A DNA stretch of 62,543 nt, the filler included, from Hausera hauseri (Eukaryota): assembly GCA_046269625.1 (NCBI GenBank). It is 10 parts of 10 records of this genome, joined end to end, with 100 filler letters (N's around TTAATTAATTAA, not from the genome) between each part and the next. Parts side by side here need not be neighbours in the genome. Positions count along the whole stretch, not along the records: positions 56,774 to 62,543 come from JBJURY010191860.1; 9 more parts are not named here. One strand, given 5' to 3'. A program made the translations under genes and the position numbers. The notes under the pieces were generated by a model. The model saw only the letters and a list, made by a program, of their open reading frames with translations, searched no databases and was not told where the DNA came from. The number at the start of each line of letters is the position of its first letter. The stretch's first letter is position 1. This document shows positions 59,400-62,543 of the stretch, one piece after another.

Positions 59400-60650
59400 A
59401 TATGGTCAGAAATGTATTCTGTGTCTAGAGCTCAGTTTTTCTGGGTTAGTGGACCTTTGTAAGTTCTGACTAGGGCTGTCGGGAATCCACTTATGGTTCA
59501 ATTTTAATCCTGCATATACATCGCTTAAGTATTGGGAACGTTGGCTGGCTGTTAGCAATCGGCTTATTCTGACGTGTTTCCCACTCATTGCTTCGAGCAT
59601 CAACTTAAATCGGCCTTCAACGGTCGGTGGTAGGTATCCATTTCTTTCTTTAACGGTCTACCTTATCTCTTCTATTATCGTAGGGGGAGTTTCTATTTCT
59701 TGCTCTCCTGCTATATGCGTGATGAGTAGTTTCAATTTTTCCACGATCCATTCTACTTGATCTCCGGCAAGGATACATTCATACAAACAGTGGGTTAATT
59801 CATCACTGACCAGTTCCATATCCTTTCCGTGGGCCAGCTGTTCCTTTTTTAATCCAGTAACTTCTAAGTAAATTTCTATTATTCTTTTTCTGGGGCTGAT
59901 TATTGTCAAATAGATTTCCGTGCCTCATGTCTCTCGGATAGATATTTCGTTCGGAATGTCATTTCCATCGTCTCCTTCTCCACAATTCAACGATATGATT
60001 CTGGAGTTCCTAGCATCTTGTACTAATCTGAAAAAGTGTAGTTGTTCTTCCTGATCCCTTTCGGTAGGTTCCTGTTTAAATTGTAAGTGCGGAAATTGAA
60101 TGAAAGACGCGTTCTCACAGGTCATTTCAATCACCAGCTTAACTGGCAATGCAGCAACTCGAAAGTCTATCTCACAATTATAGTGATGGAAATCTCCGCT
60201 GTTGATCGGAAAGGTGCTGTAAAGATGTTGTCTTTCTTGCGAGGAGTCCCAAGCTTGATCTCTCAGCCGATAATAGATTTCGCCATCTGCTAGGTGAATA
60301 AATATATTCTGAGAGTAAACTGGTTCACATTGGATTAATTGTCGTAAGGCTCTCACATCTTTGTCGTCTCTCATGGCGTATAAACGTACTACTCTATTCT
60401 CTTCAGTGCTTCCTTTAAGATTATTAGGAATTTCACTGTTCTGTTTGTATTCAAGGAAAATTTTCCCTTGCAATTCATTATTAATTTGCTTGAATATCGA
60501 TCTGGATTGAGGTATTAGCACAGTTGCACAACTTTGTAGGAAATCGTCGATACTACGTCGCTCGGTTGTCGCGGTCATTTGAATTCTTACCAATCTGAAA
60601 AATAAACAATAAGGGTTTATACTACAACAAAGTATGGTTTTTTTAACCAA
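59400..60650 (-). pseudogene. Accessory region with degenerate DEDDh exonuclease-like domain
   Basis: RIISLNCGEGDDGNDIPNEISIRET*GTEIYLTIISPRKRIIEIYLEVTGLKKEQLAHGKDMELVSDELTHCLYECILAG aligns with the exonuclease-like block of ORF 39908-41533. Confidence 0.6.
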
Positions 60651-60699
60651 AACCAGTTCTTTGTTTGATGATAGAATAACCCGACCTGTAATTGTCAGA

Positions 60700-62060
60700 T
60701 GATTTTATCATAGAGATACTCTTGAGGTTCCAATACCCTTAATTCCTGCTATATGACTTTAGGACGCTTATTATGGCAATTTTTGGTAACTAATCGAAAA
60801 GTCGCTATGAATAGTATTAGCACGAATGTTGACAATTGCGATCGTTATGATTGGCAACGTGGTAAATTCTTTGGGTTTTACAGTAACAGTTTCTGTTGTC
60901 ATGTCAAGTTTTGCGTCTTTAATTAAGCGCGGTTCTGCCGGAACCTCATCTAGAGTATATATCGTGAAAGTTTGACTCTGTTTGTCTTCTGCGTTTATTT
61001 GTATTACATATTCGGATTTTGGCTTTAATGAGTCGCATTCAGTCTGATAAGTATTTTTCAACGGGGTTAATTTTTGATGATTATACATCGTACAGCAATT
61101 TATCTCGACGTCACAGTTAAGTTTTTCTTCAACGGAAAACAATATTTTACGCTGCTGTGTCAATTATTTAACAGGAATTTTAACTAATTTTCTCTCAGGC
61201 TTCTTCTTTGTAGTAGTGAGCCTAAAAGTGGTGCTCACTCGAGTGGTTGATTTCTTCGTCGTTATCTTGGCTCCAAGTTTCAAGATTCTATTGTCCCGAT
61301 AATATCTTCCTAAATAAGTTCTTGACTTATTTATTTGAATTCCATAGAGATTAAAATAAATTCTATATTTATAACCCTCCGGTATTTTACAACACGACTT
61401 CAGTCTTGCGTTTTTAACGCTACAATAATTAGATGGACTTAACTTGTTTATTTTGACGAATTGAACTGAAATCTCCTAGTTACTTGGCAGTCTCCCTTTC
61501 GTATTTATTTTGATGCATTTGCCTTTCTTATCCTTTGAGGTACCAATTATGTTTTTATCCAACACCCATTTTATTGGATCTGTTGATTGAACTATATCGC
61601 TGAAATCCGTTACGTTAATTCGCTCTTTGATGGGTATCACTAATTTTATTTTTGGCCTTATCGCTCCTTGTGTACGTCCATTGTTCTCGTAATACATTCG
61701 TATTGTAAATGTTTAAGTGTTCCCATAATTTTCATGACAACATCCTTCTTGAGATCCATAGGGAATATCACAATGAGTCATTGCCTGCTTATTCGCTTTC
61801 CAGAGAACTACTTGGTATTTTACTGGTCTCCTAACGGGTCCGTCTGTTCCGAATAGCACACAGTTCCTTATTGGATTTATACTCCTGACCTTAAAGTGAT
61901 CTAAGGCACTTATGTCGTTTCTTTTCATTTTTGTCAACTCGTTTTAAATCCATTGGTTTAGTATTTAGATTATTCCTTTCTGAGCCTTTGCCTCTGGGAT
62001 GTACGAAGAAATTAAGGATAGTGCTAAGAATATTTGTATATAAGATATGGGCCTGGCAAT
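60700..62060 (-). pseudogene. Post-integrase membrane protein: signal, Cys-rich domain, FN3-like segment, TM
   Basis: IQIFLALSLISSYIP; CDIPYG..CC; CDSLKPKSEYVIQIN..QTFTIYT (compare CTDLQPDEEYLIVF in copy G); hydrophobic LPIITIAIV. Confidence 0.6.
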
Positions 62061-62543
62061 TATGGACGAGGTTTTTATCCTTCTATAATCCGGCTTTAGA
62101 TTCGGTTTTGCATCACTAAAACGCAAATTGTGTCGTTTATTTGGTTTTATTTCTGTTTTCACGACTCGTTGTATTGATACGACCTCTTCCTTTCCATTTT
62201 TATTCATATAAATCGTGGTGGGCGTTATTCTGATAACTTCATATGGTCCTCTTCCAGTACGCGTAAGTTTTAACAATGTGCCTTTCTTGGTTACTGGATA
62301 GTGCACATAAACTCAATTCCCGGTTCTAAATCATGCGGTTACGCTTTCTTATGGTATTGCTTTTTCAATTGTTCTTAATATTCAAAGGATAATATTTTCG
62401 CTATTTCCCAACATTTTTGTAGTCTGGTTTGTAGAACTTCTGAAACATTTAGCTCTAACTCTTCGGGATTTGCTTCATACGAAATCATTCCTAAGTCCAT
62501 AGGCAATGTCGCTTCTCGTCCGTACATCATAAAGAATGGCGTG

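Larger units (their letters stand above)
58052..62543 (-). mobile_element. 3' half of a large Ty3/Gypsy element (copy J), decayed
   Basis: Integrase end (TPFFMMYGREATLP..; KLTRTGRGPYEV) closely similar to 50520-50930, followed by about 4 kb of accessory ORFs and a PPT. Confidence 0.88.

Overview
This window is not one locus. It is ten eukaryotic (animal) contigs joined by nine artificial 100-bp linkers (44 N + TTAATTAATTAA + 44 N). Host genes: a 1636-aa protein with C-terminal C2HC zinc fingers (ZNF474-like), two mitofusin exons, three ODF3/CIMAP1 exons (one GC-AG intron), a clan-2 cytochrome P450, and one vertebrate-type NANS exon. The 45-47-nt introns and AT-richness suggest an invertebrate such as a flatworm; this is an inference. 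Mobile DNA: a decayed hAT-like (hATm-type) transposase, an intact BEL/Pao LTR element, and two decayed Polinton/Maverick-like protein-primed PolB loci, one carrying dUTPase, IAP-type RING and DEDD-like genes. The most interesting signal is spread over four contigs (10048-14466, 37749-41760, 44459-51464, 56774-62543): a diverged family of Ty3/Gypsy LTR elements with an unusual gene order. That order is ubiquitin-like domain, chuvirus-like glycoprotein placed before and in frame with the protease, RT, RNase H, integrase, then a read-through into a second signal peptide, Cys-rich/FN3-like ectodomain, TM, degenerate DEDDh exonuclease-like domain, RING (one copy), PPT and LTR. The full architecture is reconstructed from overlapping homologies between contigs, not from one continuous copy. 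The BEL element lacks a tRNA-type PBS and shows LTR complementarity suggestive of self-priming. All family assignments come from motif recognition by eye; no searches were run.
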